DNA of 64,000 bases from an uncultured Alphaproteobacteria bacterium (GTDB taxonomy: Bacteria; Pseudomonadota; Alphaproteobacteria; UBA7887), in the NCBI GenBank assembly GCA_902562525.1, contig CACETT010000002.1, positions 7,564-71,563 of the forward strand, written 5' to 3'. The translations under genes and the position numbers were made by a program. Numbering within the stretch: the first letter of the stretch is position 1; each line of letters begins with the position of its first letter. Below are positions 40,489 to 49,945 of this stretch, piece by piece. The notes under the pieces are model-generated. The model was not told the origin of the DNA and ran no database searches. It saw only the letters and a list, made by a program, of their open reading frames with translations.

Positions 40489-41205
40489 TCATTTCAGGCC
40501 CCTAAGATAGGCTTCAGCGTGTTCTACGGCCTCAGGAGTTCCCACATGTATCCAATGGCTATCATGCAGTAGGCCAAACAGACGTTCGTTTTTCTGGGCA
40601 CGATCATATAACAAGTTTAGCGAAAATGGCGCCGCAGGAAGGGAATCAAACAAGCTTCTTTTTAGTATTTGTACGCCCGTAAATACAAATGGAGCCGGAG
40701 ATGCTTTGACTTCCCGTTTTAGTAGGCCGCTGGAATCCATAAAGAAGTCTCCCTGGCCGCCGAATCCAAAACATTTAGCAATGGGCTGAAGTAACAGTAA
40801 TACATCCATTATTTCTGGATCCCAGGCGTCAATCACTCGGGTAATTAGAGGCCTATTGCCGCTTATAATGATAACATCACTATTTGTTACTATGAACGAA
40901 TCGTCACCGAGAGTTGGTAAGGCATTGGCTACTCCCCCTCCTGTGTCAAGGAGTTGTGCTTCGTGCAAGAGTTGTATGTTAACTCCAGTTTGTTTTCCGA
41001 AGTGAGCCGCAACCTTTTCTGCCATATAGTGGGTGTTTATCACAACGGTCTTAATCCCCCCTTCTTTCAGATGAGCCAACATTCTGTCGATCATTGTTAT
41101 TCCGTCCACTTCCAGGAGTGGCTTTGGAGTAACATTTGTTAAGGGGCGCATTCGTAACCCAAGACCAGCCGCGAGAATCATTGCGTTCATTGGCCCTGTT
41201 TTCAC
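40489..41205 (-). CDS. Sugar-phosphate nucleotidyltransferase (MurU-like N-acetylmuramate 1-phosphate uridylyltransferase)
   Basis: MILAAGLGLRMRPLT is the G-x-G-x-R nucleotidyltransferase signature. About 230 aa. GTGA overlap with the upstream kinase gene. Confidence 0.7.
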   Translation of the reverse strand: MKTGPMNAMILAAGLGLRMRPLTNVTPKPLLEVDGITMIDRMLAHLKEGGIKTVVINTHYMAEKVAAHFGKQTGVNIQLLHEAQLLDTGGGVANALPTLGDDSFIVTNSDVIIISGNRPLITRVIDAWDPEIMDVLLLLQPIAKCFGFGGQGDFFMDSSGLLKREVKASPAPFVFTGVQILKRSLFDSLPAAPFSLNLLYDRAQKNERLFGLLHDSHWIHVGTPEAVEHAEAYLRGLK

Positions 41206-42200
41206 AAGGTGCCACTATGGCTTAGGGCCCTGGCGCTTTGTGGGAAATATTCGCCGAACCACTGCTGGAGGGGAGATAAGGCCGGATTCTTTAAGCTGTG
41301 GTCAAGGAGCCGCCATGTACGTGGCAAAAGCTCCAAATACTGGCTCTTGCCATCTCGTCTCCAAAGTCGGGTGAAAATACCCAGAATTTTCGTGTTGCGT
41401 TGTGCGCTAAGAGCAGCATAGATATAGTCAAATTCGCTAGCTCCGAGCCTTTGGGATGCGAGGTACTGGTCTTTTAGATCGCGAACTAAATCTGTGCGAA
41501 CATCCCGTCTAACGTCTTCAAGAAGGGACACCAAGTCATAAATTGGTGATCCAGATAAGGCGTCTTGGAAATCCAAGACGCCTATCTGCTTGGGTCCTAT
41601 GCGACCTGTTATCCACATCAAGTTGTCAACGTGAAAGTCACGCAAGACCAACACTCTCTCCTGGGTATGGGTGGCCGCTAGGATATTATTCCATGCTTCC
41701 CGATATGCCCCAAGTGCTGAGGTAGTAATGGGAGAAAGTTTCACCATTGGCCAAAACCAATCAATGAAAAGACCAACTTCTTTCATAAGAATTTCCGTTG
41801 TGTAACACGGGAGCCATGACGGCGGCGAGGTTTCTTGCAGTGAAAGCAGAAGGGAAATGGCAGCCCGGTACAACCTGCTTTCCTGTTTATGGTCAGAGGC
41901 TTTTAATATTGTGCTAAACTTTTGGTCACCAAAGTCCTCGATTAATAAAAAGCCGTTTTTTGCGTCTTGTCCGAAAATTTGCGGAGCATTGACCCCGATA
42001 CCACGCAAATATTTGGCAATTGCGATAAACTTCTGCGTGTTTTCTTTAGTTGGAGGGGCGTCCATTAGCACCCAAGACTTGTTATCTTGCTGAATCCTGT
42101 AATAGGTCCGAAAGGACGCATCTGCAGCCAAGATCATTTGGTTTGCCTGCGTGAGGCCTTGCGATCGGAGAAAGTGTTTTTGTTCGTTTTCCCTACTCAT
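41202..42200 (-). CDS. Aminoglycoside-phosphotransferase-fold kinase (AmgK-like anomeric MurNAc/GlcNAc kinase)
   Basis: APH fold: FRTYYRI, catalytic loop LRDFHVDNLMW, VLDFQDA. It is paired with the MurU-like gene. Confidence 0.7.
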   Translation of the reverse strand: MSRENEQKHFLRSQGLTQANQMILAADASFRTYYRIQQDNKSWVLMDAPPTKENTQKFIAIAKYLRGIGVNAPQIFGQDAKNGFLLIEDFGDQKFSTILKASDHKQESRLYRAAISLLLSLQETSPPSWLPCYTTEILMKEVGLFIDWFWPMVKLSPITTSALGAYREAWNNILAATHTQERVLVLRDFHVDNLMWITGRIGPKQIGVLDFQDALSGSPIYDLVSLLEDVRRDVRTDLVRDLKDQYLASQRLGASEFDYIYAALSAQRNTKILGIFTRLWRRDGKSQYLELLPRTWRLLDHSLKNPALSPLQQWFGEYFPQSARALSHSGTL

Positions 42201-42666
42201 CCAAGTAGCTTTCTACTTTGCACAGGCGTTGCTTCCAGGCCTCTTCGCCCCTTAACGATACTCGCCGAGAGCATTCCTCCTGGTAAAAAAACTCTAGTTC
42301 CAGCCGTTCTGTTGGAAGAAGTTTGGCCATAATTTTTGGCCATTCAATAAGACAGATACCGTTTTCGAGTGCATCCTCTATCCCTAGTTCATATACATCA
42401 GTCAAACGCTCTATTCTAAATAGATCAAAATGCCAGAAGGTTACGGAGCCGAGCTCGTAAGTATGTAGCAAGTTAAATGTTGGGCTCGGCACCTCCTCAA
42501 TGCAACCCAATGTTTCTAGTAAGGCGCGTATGAAGGTTGTTTTCCCAATGCCGATACTGCCTTCCAATGTCACTACGTCGCCTGGGCGTAGCAAGGGGGC
42601 TAACGCATTGGCCAAGTTCCTCGTTGCCTTTAAGTGAGGGAGCAACAGGTCTAGCGATGCGTTCAT
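42193..42666 (-). CDS. tsaE: tRNA threonylcarbamoyladenosine biosynthesis ATPase TsaE
   Basis: VVTLEGSIGIGKTTFIRAL P-loop, SPTFNLLHTY, HFDLFR. Confidence 0.9.
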   Translation of the reverse strand: MNASLDLLLPHLKATRNLANALAPLLRPGDVVTLEGSIGIGKTTFIRALLETLGCIEEVPSPTFNLLHTYELGSVTFWHFDLFRIERLTDVYELGIEDALENGICLIEWPKIMAKLLPTERLELEFFYQEECSRRVSLRGEEAWKQRLCKVESYLDE

Positions 42667-42705
42667 TAGTGCAGACCTGGCTTTCCAAACTTGTCGCCTA
42701 TAATA

Positions 42706-44007
42706 TTAATAGCGGTAATGAGCTGGTTTGAATGGCCCCGCCTGGGCTACACCTATGTAGTCCGCTTGCTTTTCAGATAATGTAGTTAAGACTGCTCCTA
42801 CTTTATCAAGGTGCAAAAGAGCAACCTTTTCATCTAAATGTTTGGGCAAAATATATACTTTAGGCTCGTAATTACTTGAGTTAGTCCAGAGTTCAATCTG
42901 TGCTAACACCTGGTTAGTGAACGATGCACTCATAACAAAACTAGGGTGCCCCGTGGCGCACCCTAAATTCACCAAGCGCCCTTGAGCTAGCACTATTAGT
43001 CGTTTCCCATCAGGAAAAGTCACCTGGTCGACCTGAGGCTTTATTTCTGTCCACTCAAGGTTTGATAGAGAATCAATCTGAATTTCTGAGTCGAAGTGGC
43101 CAATATTGCAAATTATGGCCAAATCTTTCATCTCGCGCATGTGGTCGAGAGTAATCACGTCCACATTGCCAGTTGCAGTTACAAAAATATCCCCTTGAGT
43201 GGCGGCGGCATTCATGTCTACAACCTCATATCCTTCCATCGCTGCTTGCAGGGCGCAAATGGGGTCAATCTCAGTAATGAGGACCCGAGCGCCAGCCGAT
43301 CGAAGGGACTCCGCCGAGCCTTTGCCGACGCCTCCATAACCGCACACCACGGCCACCTTTCCGGATAACATAACGTCTGTAGCCCGCCGAATCCCATCTA
43401 CCAAACTCTCTCGGCAGCCATACAAATTGTCGAACTTAGACTTAGTTACGGAATCGTTAACGTTAAAGGCTGGGACTTTTAAGGAGCCATCATGCTCCAT
43501 TTCATACAATCGATGAACACCAGTTGTTGTCTCTTCGGAAACCCCTTTCACGTTTGCTAGTAGGGTAGGGTATTTCTCATGCATGAGCTTTGTCAGATCT
43601 CCCCCATCATCCAAAATCATGTTGGGAGTCCACTTGTTTGGGCCGTTGATAGTCTGTTCAATACACCACCAAAACTCTTCTTCAGACTCACCCTTCCAGG
43701 CGAATACTGGCACCCCGGAATCTGCTACCGCAGCTGCTGCATGGTCTTGAGTAGAAAAAATATTGCAAGAGCTCCACCTTAGGTCGGCGCCTAGGTCTGT
43801 CAGGGTTTCTATAAGCACAGCTGTTTGTATTGTCATATGCAGACAGCCTGCAATCCGTGCGCCCTTGAGAGGCTTCTGTCCTTTATGTTCTTCTCTTATG
43901 GCCATTAGGCCAGGCATCTCTGCTTGGGCAATCTCAATTTCTTTATGGCCCCAATCAGCAAGAGATAAGTCAGCTACTTTATAATCCATGGTTTCGGGCA
44001 TGTGCAT
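42706..44007 (-). CDS. ahcY: Adenosylhomocysteinase
   Basis: [53 protein letters not shown] site, GHFDSEI. Alternative in-frame ATG starts at 44001 and 43989. Confidence 0.95.
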   Translation of the reverse strand: MHMPETMDYKVADLSLADWGHKEIEIAQAEMPGLMAIREEHKGQKPLKGARIAGCLHMTIQTAVLIETLTDLGADLRWSSCNIFSTQDHAAAAVADSGVPVFAWKGESEEEFWWCIEQTINGPNKWTPNMILDDGGDLTKLMHEKYPTLLANVKGVSEETTTGVHRLYEMEHDGSLKVPAFNVNDSVTKSKFDNLYGCRESLVDGIRRATDVMLSGKVAVVCGYGGVGKGSAESLRSAGARVLITEIDPICALQAAMEGYEVVDMNAAATQGDIFVTATGNVDVITLDHMREMKDLAIICNIGHFDSEIQIDSLSNLEWTEIKPQVDQVTFPDGKRLIVLAQGRLVNLGCATGHPSFVMSASFTNQVLAQIELWTNSSNYEPKVYILPKHLDEKVALLHLDKVGAVLTTLSEKQADYIGVAQAGPFKPAHYRY

Positions 44008-44125
44008 TAATCCTACGGTTTTAACAAGTTTGATGAAATTAGTGGAGGCGGGCCATTTTGTAGCAGTGTCCCCCGAATAGGGTTTTTAATCTAATCATTA
44101 GGTTTGAAGCTATCATATTTTAGGC

Positions 44126-44977
44126 TCACAAGGCGAGATCTCTGTGTTGAACTGTTGCCTCGTATTGCTCCTGGATCAGTTGTGCTCCAAGATTTTCTGC
44201 AACCATCACAGACCGATGACGGCCTCCCGTGCAGCCAATCGCGATGGTGAGGTAGCGCTTACCCTCATTTTTGTATAGGGGCAGCAAGGGGTGCAACATC
44301 TTGAACATGCGGTTAAAAAACTCAGGATAGGCGGGATCAGAGCTGATATAGTGGCACACCTTCTCGTCTAGTCCACTAGATTCACGTAATGCTTCTACGT
44401 AGTGTGGATTCTTTAAAAAACGGACGTCAAACACAAGATCTGCTTCGCGGGGAAGACCTAGTCGAAAAGCGAAAGAGATAACGCTAATGGTTATGGGGGC
44501 GGGGTTGTCTGCTAGGAACTGACCTTCTACCAGCTGCCGTAGGTCTGCGACAGATAGGTTCGTTGTATCGAAGGTGTAATCGGATTGGTTTTTTAGGGGC
44601 TCCATCATTTGGACCTCGAGTGCGATCCCGTCTATTACAGGTCGGTCAACTGCCAGGGGGTGACGCCGTCGTGTTTCAGTGAACCTCAAACGGAGAACGT
44701 CGTTATCGCTAGTCAAGAAAATTATTTTGGGTTTGATGTCGCGGGTTGCCTGGATGCTCCGAAGCGCAGCCAAAAAGGTTTTAATCGAGAATCCTCTGCT
44801 GCGGGAATCTACCCCTACTGCTAGTTTGGCCCCGCTTTTACTACCGTCTACGAAAGCGTGAAGCAGTCGAATAGGAAGGTTATCGACTACTTCATATTGT
44901 AAGTCTTCCAATACATTCAAAACTGTACTTTTGCCGGCCCCAGATAGTCCTGTCACCAGAAGAAAGTTACCTGCCAC
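44126..44977 (-). CDS. rapZ: RNase adapter protein RapZ
   Basis: LLVTGLSGAGKSTVLNVLEDL P-loop and C-terminal IGCTGGRHRSV motif. Confidence 0.9.
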   Translation of the reverse strand: MAGNFLLVTGLSGAGKSTVLNVLEDLQYEVVDNLPIRLLHAFVDGSKSGAKLAVGVDSRSRGFSIKTFLAALRSIQATRDIKPKIIFLTSDNDVLRLRFTETRRRHPLAVDRPVIDGIALEVQMMEPLKNQSDYTFDTTNLSVADLRQLVEGQFLADNPAPITISVISFAFRLGLPREADLVFDVRFLKNPHYVEALRESSGLDEKVCHYISSDPAYPEFFNRMFKMLHPLLPLYKNEGKRYLTIAIGCTGGRHRSVMVAENLGAQLIQEQYEATVQHRDLAL

Positions 44978-45188
44978 TCTTATCGTCCCCCGTTTGTGCC
45001 ATCGAATACAATAAGTCTTTTTCAGAGGTCTTTAATCACAAAAAACGCAGCCTTTGGGATTTGGAGGCTCTAATCTAATTTTTGTTAACGTTAAGGTAGG
45101 AGTTTCGACGCCTTACATCTGCCTACGAGTTTGTTAAGTGATGATAATGGCATAAGACTACTTCTTATAATATTTTTTTGTGCGCGTT

Positions 45189-45641
45189 TTAATTAGAGTG
45201 GCCCGTGAGGAGTGCATACATGGCATCGGACGTTGTGCTCCCGCGGAGCTTATTGCAGAGGGATCTATCACGAAACAAGCGAGATATCTCAGCCAAAACT
45301 TGGAGATGCTGATTGCTTTTAGATTCTCCCGTAACAAGGAGGAAAATCAGATCAAACGGCTCATCATTGGCTGCCGTGAACTCCACGCGGGTTGCTAGGC
45401 GAGCAAAGACGGCGTGCGGAGTCTTTTGGGTTGGCAGGGTAATGTGCAGTATGCCTGCGCCCGTTGATAGGTTCTGTAGAGCACTTGGACTTTGTCTCCG
45501 TATGGCATCAGAGATTTGACTATTTTCTATCCCATGTAAGTCGCCGGCTTTTTTTGACAAGGCGGCGGTAACCCCATGCTCATTTGTTGTCTTGAGCAGG
45601 GGAACTATAGCTTCAGGAGAGATTATTGTATCGATTGACAT
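45189..45641 (-). CDS. ptsN: PTS IIA-like nitrogen regulatory protein PtsN (EIIA-Ntr)
   Basis: 150 aa with an EIIA(Fru/Ntr)-type pattern: ..LSTGAGILHITLP (His retained).. DLIFLLV...HLQVLAEISRLFRD. It lies between lptB and rapZ. Confidence 0.75.
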   Translation of the reverse strand: MSIDTIISPEAIVPLLKTTNEHGVTAALSKKAGDLHGIENSQISDAIRRQSPSALQNLSTGAGILHITLPTQKTPHAVFARLATRVEFTAANDEPFDLIFLLVTGESKSNQHLQVLAEISRLFRDRSLCNKLRGSTTSDAMYALLTGHSN

Positions 45642-45769
45642 ATTTCTAGATGGCCTCGAGGTTTCAGACTTAAAGTCTCACGGTTTTTTGGGTTTAGCAG
45701 TATTTGCGGGACAAATTTTTGCGCTCCCCCTGCAAGTTTTTATGAGCTTGTACTTAGGTCCCAGTTCAT

Positions 45770-46570
45770 CTAGAGGCTGAAGCGCTCTCCAAGATAGACC
45801 CTTCGCACGCCCTCGTCCGCAACTATTTCGGCTGGTGAGCCTTCCATAAGTAACTTTCCTTCATGCAAAATATAGGCCCGATCTACTATTTTTAAAGTTT
45901 CTTGGACATTATGTTCGGTTATTAAAACGCCGATTCCCCGGTCTCTTAGGTGGGACACTAATGTCCGTATCTCTTCAACTGCAATTGGGTCTATGCCGGC
46001 TAAGGGTTCATCAAGAAGCATAAAGCTAGGTTGAGATGCAAGTGCCCTTGCGATTTCTACTCGGCGGCGCTCTCCACCAGAGAGTGTTAGGGCGGGTGTG
46101 CGTCTAAGGTGATTGACGGAGAATTCCGTGAGCAAATCATCTAGCAGAGCCTCTCTCCTGTCTCTGACTGGCTCGACTACTTCCAGAACTGCCCGGATGT
46201 TGTCCTCTACAGACATGCCGCGGAAAATGGAGGCTTCCTGGGGCAGGTAACCAATCCCCACTCTAGCCCGGCGATACATTGGCAGGGAAGTAATATCATG
46301 CCCATCCAATAATACGCTGCCATAATCAGCGGAAACTAGGCCAGTGATTACATAAAAGCATGTAGTTTTACCTGCTCCATTGGGCCCAAGAAGCCCGACG
46401 GCTTCGCCGCGTTGTAGGCGCAAGCTTACGTCTCGGAGGGCTGGTCGCTTTTTATAGGATTTGCCAATGTGTTGGGCAACTAGCCCCTGATTTTCGGCAG
46501 CTATCTGAGGCCTTTCATTGCTGACAATTCCGTCAGTAATATGTTGCCGAAGGTCTGAAAGGTCGCTCAT
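45770..46570 (-). CDS. lptB: LPS export ABC transporter ATP-binding protein LptB
   Basis: GPNGAGKTT, LSGGERRRVEIARAL, MLLDEP. It lies downstream of lptC-lptA. Confidence 0.9.
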   Translation of the reverse strand: MSDLSDLRQHITDGIVSNERPQIAAENQGLVAQHIGKSYKKRPALRDVSLRLQRGEAVGLLGPNGAGKTTCFYVITGLVSADYGSVLLDGHDITSLPMYRRARVGIGYLPQEASIFRGMSVEDNIRAVLEVVEPVRDRREALLDDLLTEFSVNHLRRTPALTLSGGERRRVEIARALASQPSFMLLDEPLAGIDPIAVEEIRTLVSHLRDRGIGVLITEHNVQETLKIVDRAYILHEGKLLMEGSPAEIVADEGVRRVYLGERFSL

Positions 46571-46594
46571 ATTGATTCATGCCAAAGTGTTATA

Positions 46595-47140
46595 TTAGGG
46601 TTCATTCACATTTTCAGGATTGAAAATAGCTTTCACCCGCCCGTTTTCTGTCCGGTCTGTAGGCCCGATCGCGCCTTCAAGCCGACTGTGCCCTGTGTCT
46701 AAGTCCATTACTAGCCGTTCGCCGTGTAGTACATTCTCGCCCTGGGTCAGTACCACATTGCCTGTGAGGATCGCGGTTTTGTTTCGCACATCGTAAATAC
46801 CTATACTACCTCGTGCTTTTTCATTTGGTGTGATTAATAGCACGTTGCCCTCAGCCTCAATCAGGCTGATTTGCGAATTTGATTTTTGGTTTCCATCTGG
46901 CTCGTCGGCAATGTGGGCAATCAAAACATGGGCGCTGAGGGTGTACCGACCCTGCACAGCGTCGGCGTTGCCTCTGGCTATCGCTATTTTCTCCTCATTT
47001 AACCATTCCATTGAATCCGCAACAATTTCAATGGGCGCTGCTGAATCATTCTCAAATTGAGCACAAGAGGGACCTAGATCGGCATAGAAGTGCAGGACGC
47101 AAAGCCCCACTAATCCAAATACTTTTCCGCCAAAGGTCAT
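46595..47140 (-). CDS. lptA: LPS transport periplasmic protein LptA (OstA-like)
   Basis: Signal peptide plus an OstA_N-type beta-jellyroll pattern (IEIVADSMEWLNEEKIAIARGNADAVQG..). ATGA overlap with the lptC stop. Confidence 0.75.
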   Translation of the reverse strand: MTFGGKVFGLVGLCVLHFYADLGPSCAQFENDSAAPIEIVADSMEWLNEEKIAIARGNADAVQGRYTLSAHVLIAHIADEPDGNQKSNSQISLIEAEGNVLLITPNEKARGSIGIYDVRNKTAILTGNVVLTQGENVLHGERLVMDLDTGHSRLEGAIGPTDRTENGRVKAIFNPENVNEP

Positions 47141-47805
47141 TTAATGCTGACCTCTTGGTGTCCGTGCAGCAAAAGAACAGGGCGGCCAGAAAACAGAAAG
47201 ACTTGGCCATCAGGTGAGTATTGGAAGCCATTCGCTTTGAGAGTTCCCCAAGGGCTTTGGCTAAAGACTGCCTCGTCCCCATGAGCGCTGCCCTGGGAGA
47301 GGTCAAACTCTACTTTTTCAGTATGCATTTCAAAACCATTGTCCACATACATGCTAACAGCTCCCTGTAGTTCTAGGGTTTTGGCCTCCCCATCATAGAT
47401 GCCCTGCTCAGCTTTAAGTGTCAACCAATCTCCATTAGCTAAGGCTATGTCTGCGGCGGGCTTCATCAGGAACACCTGTTGGTGCCCTCTTTCAGGCCGC
47501 ATCGCGACTTCAGCAGTAAGGGTATAGCGTTGTTGTTTATCGTCTACACCTAGAAATTGGGGTTGCAACATCTCATCCTGTCCCGAAAAATTCACATGTG
47601 CTGCAGCATAATCCAATCTAAAAGACTTGGTCGTCGGATTGATCCAGGCAAAAGTTATTATGCCAACTATAGCTAGGGCGCCAGTTGGCAAAAGCCACTT
47701 TAGTGTTCTGGCTTGCTTCTGATTTTCAAACTGCACACGAATTTGGTCGATCCCCAGATAGCGTCCATGCCATCTTCTCAGCAATCTCTTGCTTTCAGGA
47801 GCCAT
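47137..47805 (-). CDS. lptC: LPS export system protein LptC
   Basis: Single N-terminal TM (LLPTGALAIVGIITFAWI) followed by an LptC-type beta domain. I prefer ATG 47805. The track start at 47871 would overlap kdsD by 25 nt. Confidence 0.65.
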   Translation of the reverse strand: MAPESKRLLRRWHGRYLGIDQIRVQFENQKQARTLKWLLPTGALAIVGIITFAWINPTTKSFRLDYAAAHVNFSGQDEMLQPQFLGVDDKQQRYTLTAEVAMRPERGHQQVFLMKPAADIALANGDWLTLKAEQGIYDGEAKTLELQGAVSMYVDNGFEMHTEKVEFDLSQGSAHGDEAVFSQSPWGTLKANGFQYSPDGQVFLFSGRPVLLLHGHQEVSIK

Positions 47806-47846
47806 TTCACCCTCTGGAGGTTGGCTGGTTTCGAGTTGTTGCCCTC

Positions 47847-48926
47847 TCACGCCACAGCTGCGCGCAGACAATCATGCATGTGAAGTATACCGAGTGGCTT
47901 ACTATTTTTTGCCACGAATAAGCTAGTGATTGAATTTTGGTTCATGGTCCACACGGCTTCGGCAGCCAATGCATTTGGAAGTATGGTTTTAGGTGACGGA
48001 GTCATTATCGTCTCCACCTGGAGCTTTAGTAAATTAGACGCCATATTTCTCCTTAGGTCGCCGTCTGTGATGATCCCCGCCAGGTGACCTTGGTGATCAA
48101 TAACCCCAACACAACCAAAGGCCTTAGCTGTCATAATAAGAATTGCCTCTGAAACTAAAAGGCCTCTTTCTACCAGTGGCATATCGTCCCCTTGGTGCAT
48201 GATGTCCTTAACGGTTACTAAATGGTGTCCAAGGCTCCCCCCAGGGTGAAGCTCTTGGAACATCGAAGGGGAGAATGATGCTCTTTCCAAGAGTGCCACA
48301 GCCAAAGCGTCGCCAAGTGCTAGGGTCATTGTTGTGGAGGTAGTAGGAGCAAGGCCGAGGGGGCAGGCTTCTGGCGAGTCGGGCAACACTATGGCTATAT
48401 CCGAATTTGCTTCCAGGGAGGCACCCTTCCGCCCGATAACAGTGATCAGAGTGATGTTAAATCTTCTAGTGTATTGTACTATATCGTTGAGCTCAGCGGT
48501 TTCTCCCGAATTAGAGAGGGCGATAACGATATCATCTCGTGTGATCATGCCAAGGTCCCCATGGCTCGCTTCAGCCGGATGGACAAACAATGAAGGTGTT
48601 CCAGTAGACGCCATAGTAGCTGCTATTTTACGTCCTATGTGACCACTTTTACCCATGCCAGTAATGACAACCCGCCCTTCAACGGCTGACAGAGCGTCGA
48701 CTGCAGCTATGAAGCTTGGGCCCAGAGAAGAGGATAAGTTTTCGAGCGCCCGGGCCTCTTTCTCTAGAACTCGCCGGCCTGTAGCTAGATCATCAGGCCT
48801 TTCTTGGGGACTTGCGCCAGTGTCATTGTCCATAATTATGGTGGTGTCCGCGGTATTTTTTTCAGATAACTCGTTATAAATAATGGCCCGTAGCGATCCG
48901 TGTCTAGAAAGGCTGGCTACAGCCAT
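47847..48926 (-). CDS. kdsD: KpsF/GutQ-family arabinose-5-phosphate isomerase
   Basis: SIS domain VVITGMGKSGHIGRKIAATMASTGTPSLFVHPAEASHGDLGMI plus tandem CBS domains. The alternative start ATG 48833 would give a more typical length. Confidence 0.85.
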   Translation of the reverse strand: MAVASLSRHGSLRAIIYNELSEKNTADTTIIMDNDTGASPQERPDDLATGRRVLEKEARALENLSSSLGPSFIAAVDALSAVEGRVVITGMGKSGHIGRKIAATMASTGTPSLFVHPAEASHGDLGMITRDDIVIALSNSGETAELNDIVQYTRRFNITLITVIGRKGASLEANSDIAIVLPDSPEACPLGLAPTTSTTMTLALGDALAVALLERASFSPSMFQELHPGGSLGHHLVTVKDIMHQGDDMPLVERGLLVSEAILIMTAKAFGCVGVIDHQGHLAGIITDGDLRRNMASNLLKLQVETIMTPSPKTILPNALAAEAVWTMNQNSITSLFVAKNSKPLGILHMHDCLRAAVA

Positions 48927-49004
48927 TACATCATCGCTTTAGCCTAAATAATGCGCGAATGACTCAAATAAATCAATTGACATCCAGAATATAAATAGAT
49001 GCTG

Positions 49005-49616
49005 TCAATGGGAAAAAACATCGCTGCTTCCCCAGCCTGCTAGGTCTAATTTTGCGCGGGTTTTAATGAAAGAAAAGCACTCCATAGCTAGAGATTCCCT
49101 TCCCTCGCGTTCAAGCATCACATTCAATTGTTGTCTAAGTTTGTGGAGGTGAAGTACGTCGTGCGCAGCATATGCTTTCTGCTCTGCCGACAGGGTCTCT
49201 GCCCCCCAATCAGAACTCTGCTGTGCCTTGGAGAGTTCTTTGCCTAGGAGTTCCCTACACAAATCTTTAAGACCATGCTTATCTGTATAGGTTCTAGCAA
49301 TTTTGGAGGCTATCTTCGTACAATATACTGGTTCAGTCCAAACTTTGAGATGTTCGAAGAGGACTGCGACATCAAAACGAGCAAAGTGGAATATTTTTTC
49401 ATTATCGGGGTTTTGGAGCAAAGCCGAAAGGTTCGGAGCACTATAGTCTTGGTTGGAAAAGCGAATAAGATGGGCGCTTCCATCACCACTAGAGAGTTGG
49501 ACTAAACACAGACGATCACGCTTTAAGTTCAGTCCTGTGGTCTCCGTGTCAATCGCTACAGCTCCGGAAAATATAAGGTCTTTTGGGATATCATTTTCAT
49601 GAAGATAAATATTCAT
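49005..49616 (-). CDS. DEDDy-type 3'-5' exonuclease (short RNase D-like)
   Basis: Exo I VAIDTETTGL, Exo II FHFARFD, Exo III YAAHDVLHL. 203 aa. Confidence 0.8.
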   Translation of the reverse strand: MNIYLHENDIPKDLIFSGAVAIDTETTGLNLKRDRLCLVQLSSGDGSAHLIRFSNQDYSAPNLSALLQNPDNEKIFHFARFDVAVLFEHLKVWTEPVYCTKIASKIARTYTDKHGLKDLCRELLGKELSKAQQSSDWGAETLSAEQKAYAAHDVLHLHKLRQQLNVMLEREGRESLAMECFSFIKTRAKLDLAGWGSSDVFSH

Positions 49617-49829
49617 AGGTTTGTGCTGCCTCCTTGGGCATTAGGCTGTTAGCACTGCGCCGGTGTCAATCCAATTGATAGGGCAGGTGGGTATAATCAC
49701 GCAATTACTGCTTGTAGTCGACAGGTAAGATCGGCTCAGAATGTCAGAAAATGGGTAGAAACGCAAAACGGATTGGTTAAACATGGGTGGGGCAGTTAGG
49801 CAGGTGCGCTGGGCTATTGCATAAAGTAA

Positions 49830-49930
49830 GTTGGGATGATCTCTAGCGGAGCATGAAATTTGCAGAAAGAGTGGTGCCCAGGAGAAGGCTTGGGTTTCCA
49901 TGCCCTTTAAAGGTGCGCCGGCACCTGCAG
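49830..49930 (-). repeat. Partial, degenerate copy of tRNA-Leu (3' ~59 nt) plus ~43 nt of its downstream flank; att-like direct repeat of 50998..51099
   Basis: Exact blocks are tggtgcccaggagaag (49872..49887 = 51041..51056) and ccggcacctg (49918..49927 = 51086..51095). Hand alignment gives ~47/59 in the tRNA part and ~30/43 in the flank. Same orientation. No 5' half, so not a functional tRNA. Confidence 0.7.
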
Positions 49931-49945
49931 AGTTGAGAGGACCAA

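Noticed and set aside
44008-44125. Possible SAH riboswitch upstream of ahcY
   Set aside because: I read the minus-strand leader and found none of the conserved SAH-riboswitch pseudoknot sequence. There is only a short CCC-TATTC-GGG hairpin. An Rfam scan would be decisive.
45666-45678. 13-nt palindrome AGACTTAAAGTCT between lptB and ptsN as a terminator
   Set aside because: The stem is only 5-6 bp with a 1-3 nt loop and no following U-tract on the transcribed strand. It could be a protein-binding site, but this is unsupported.
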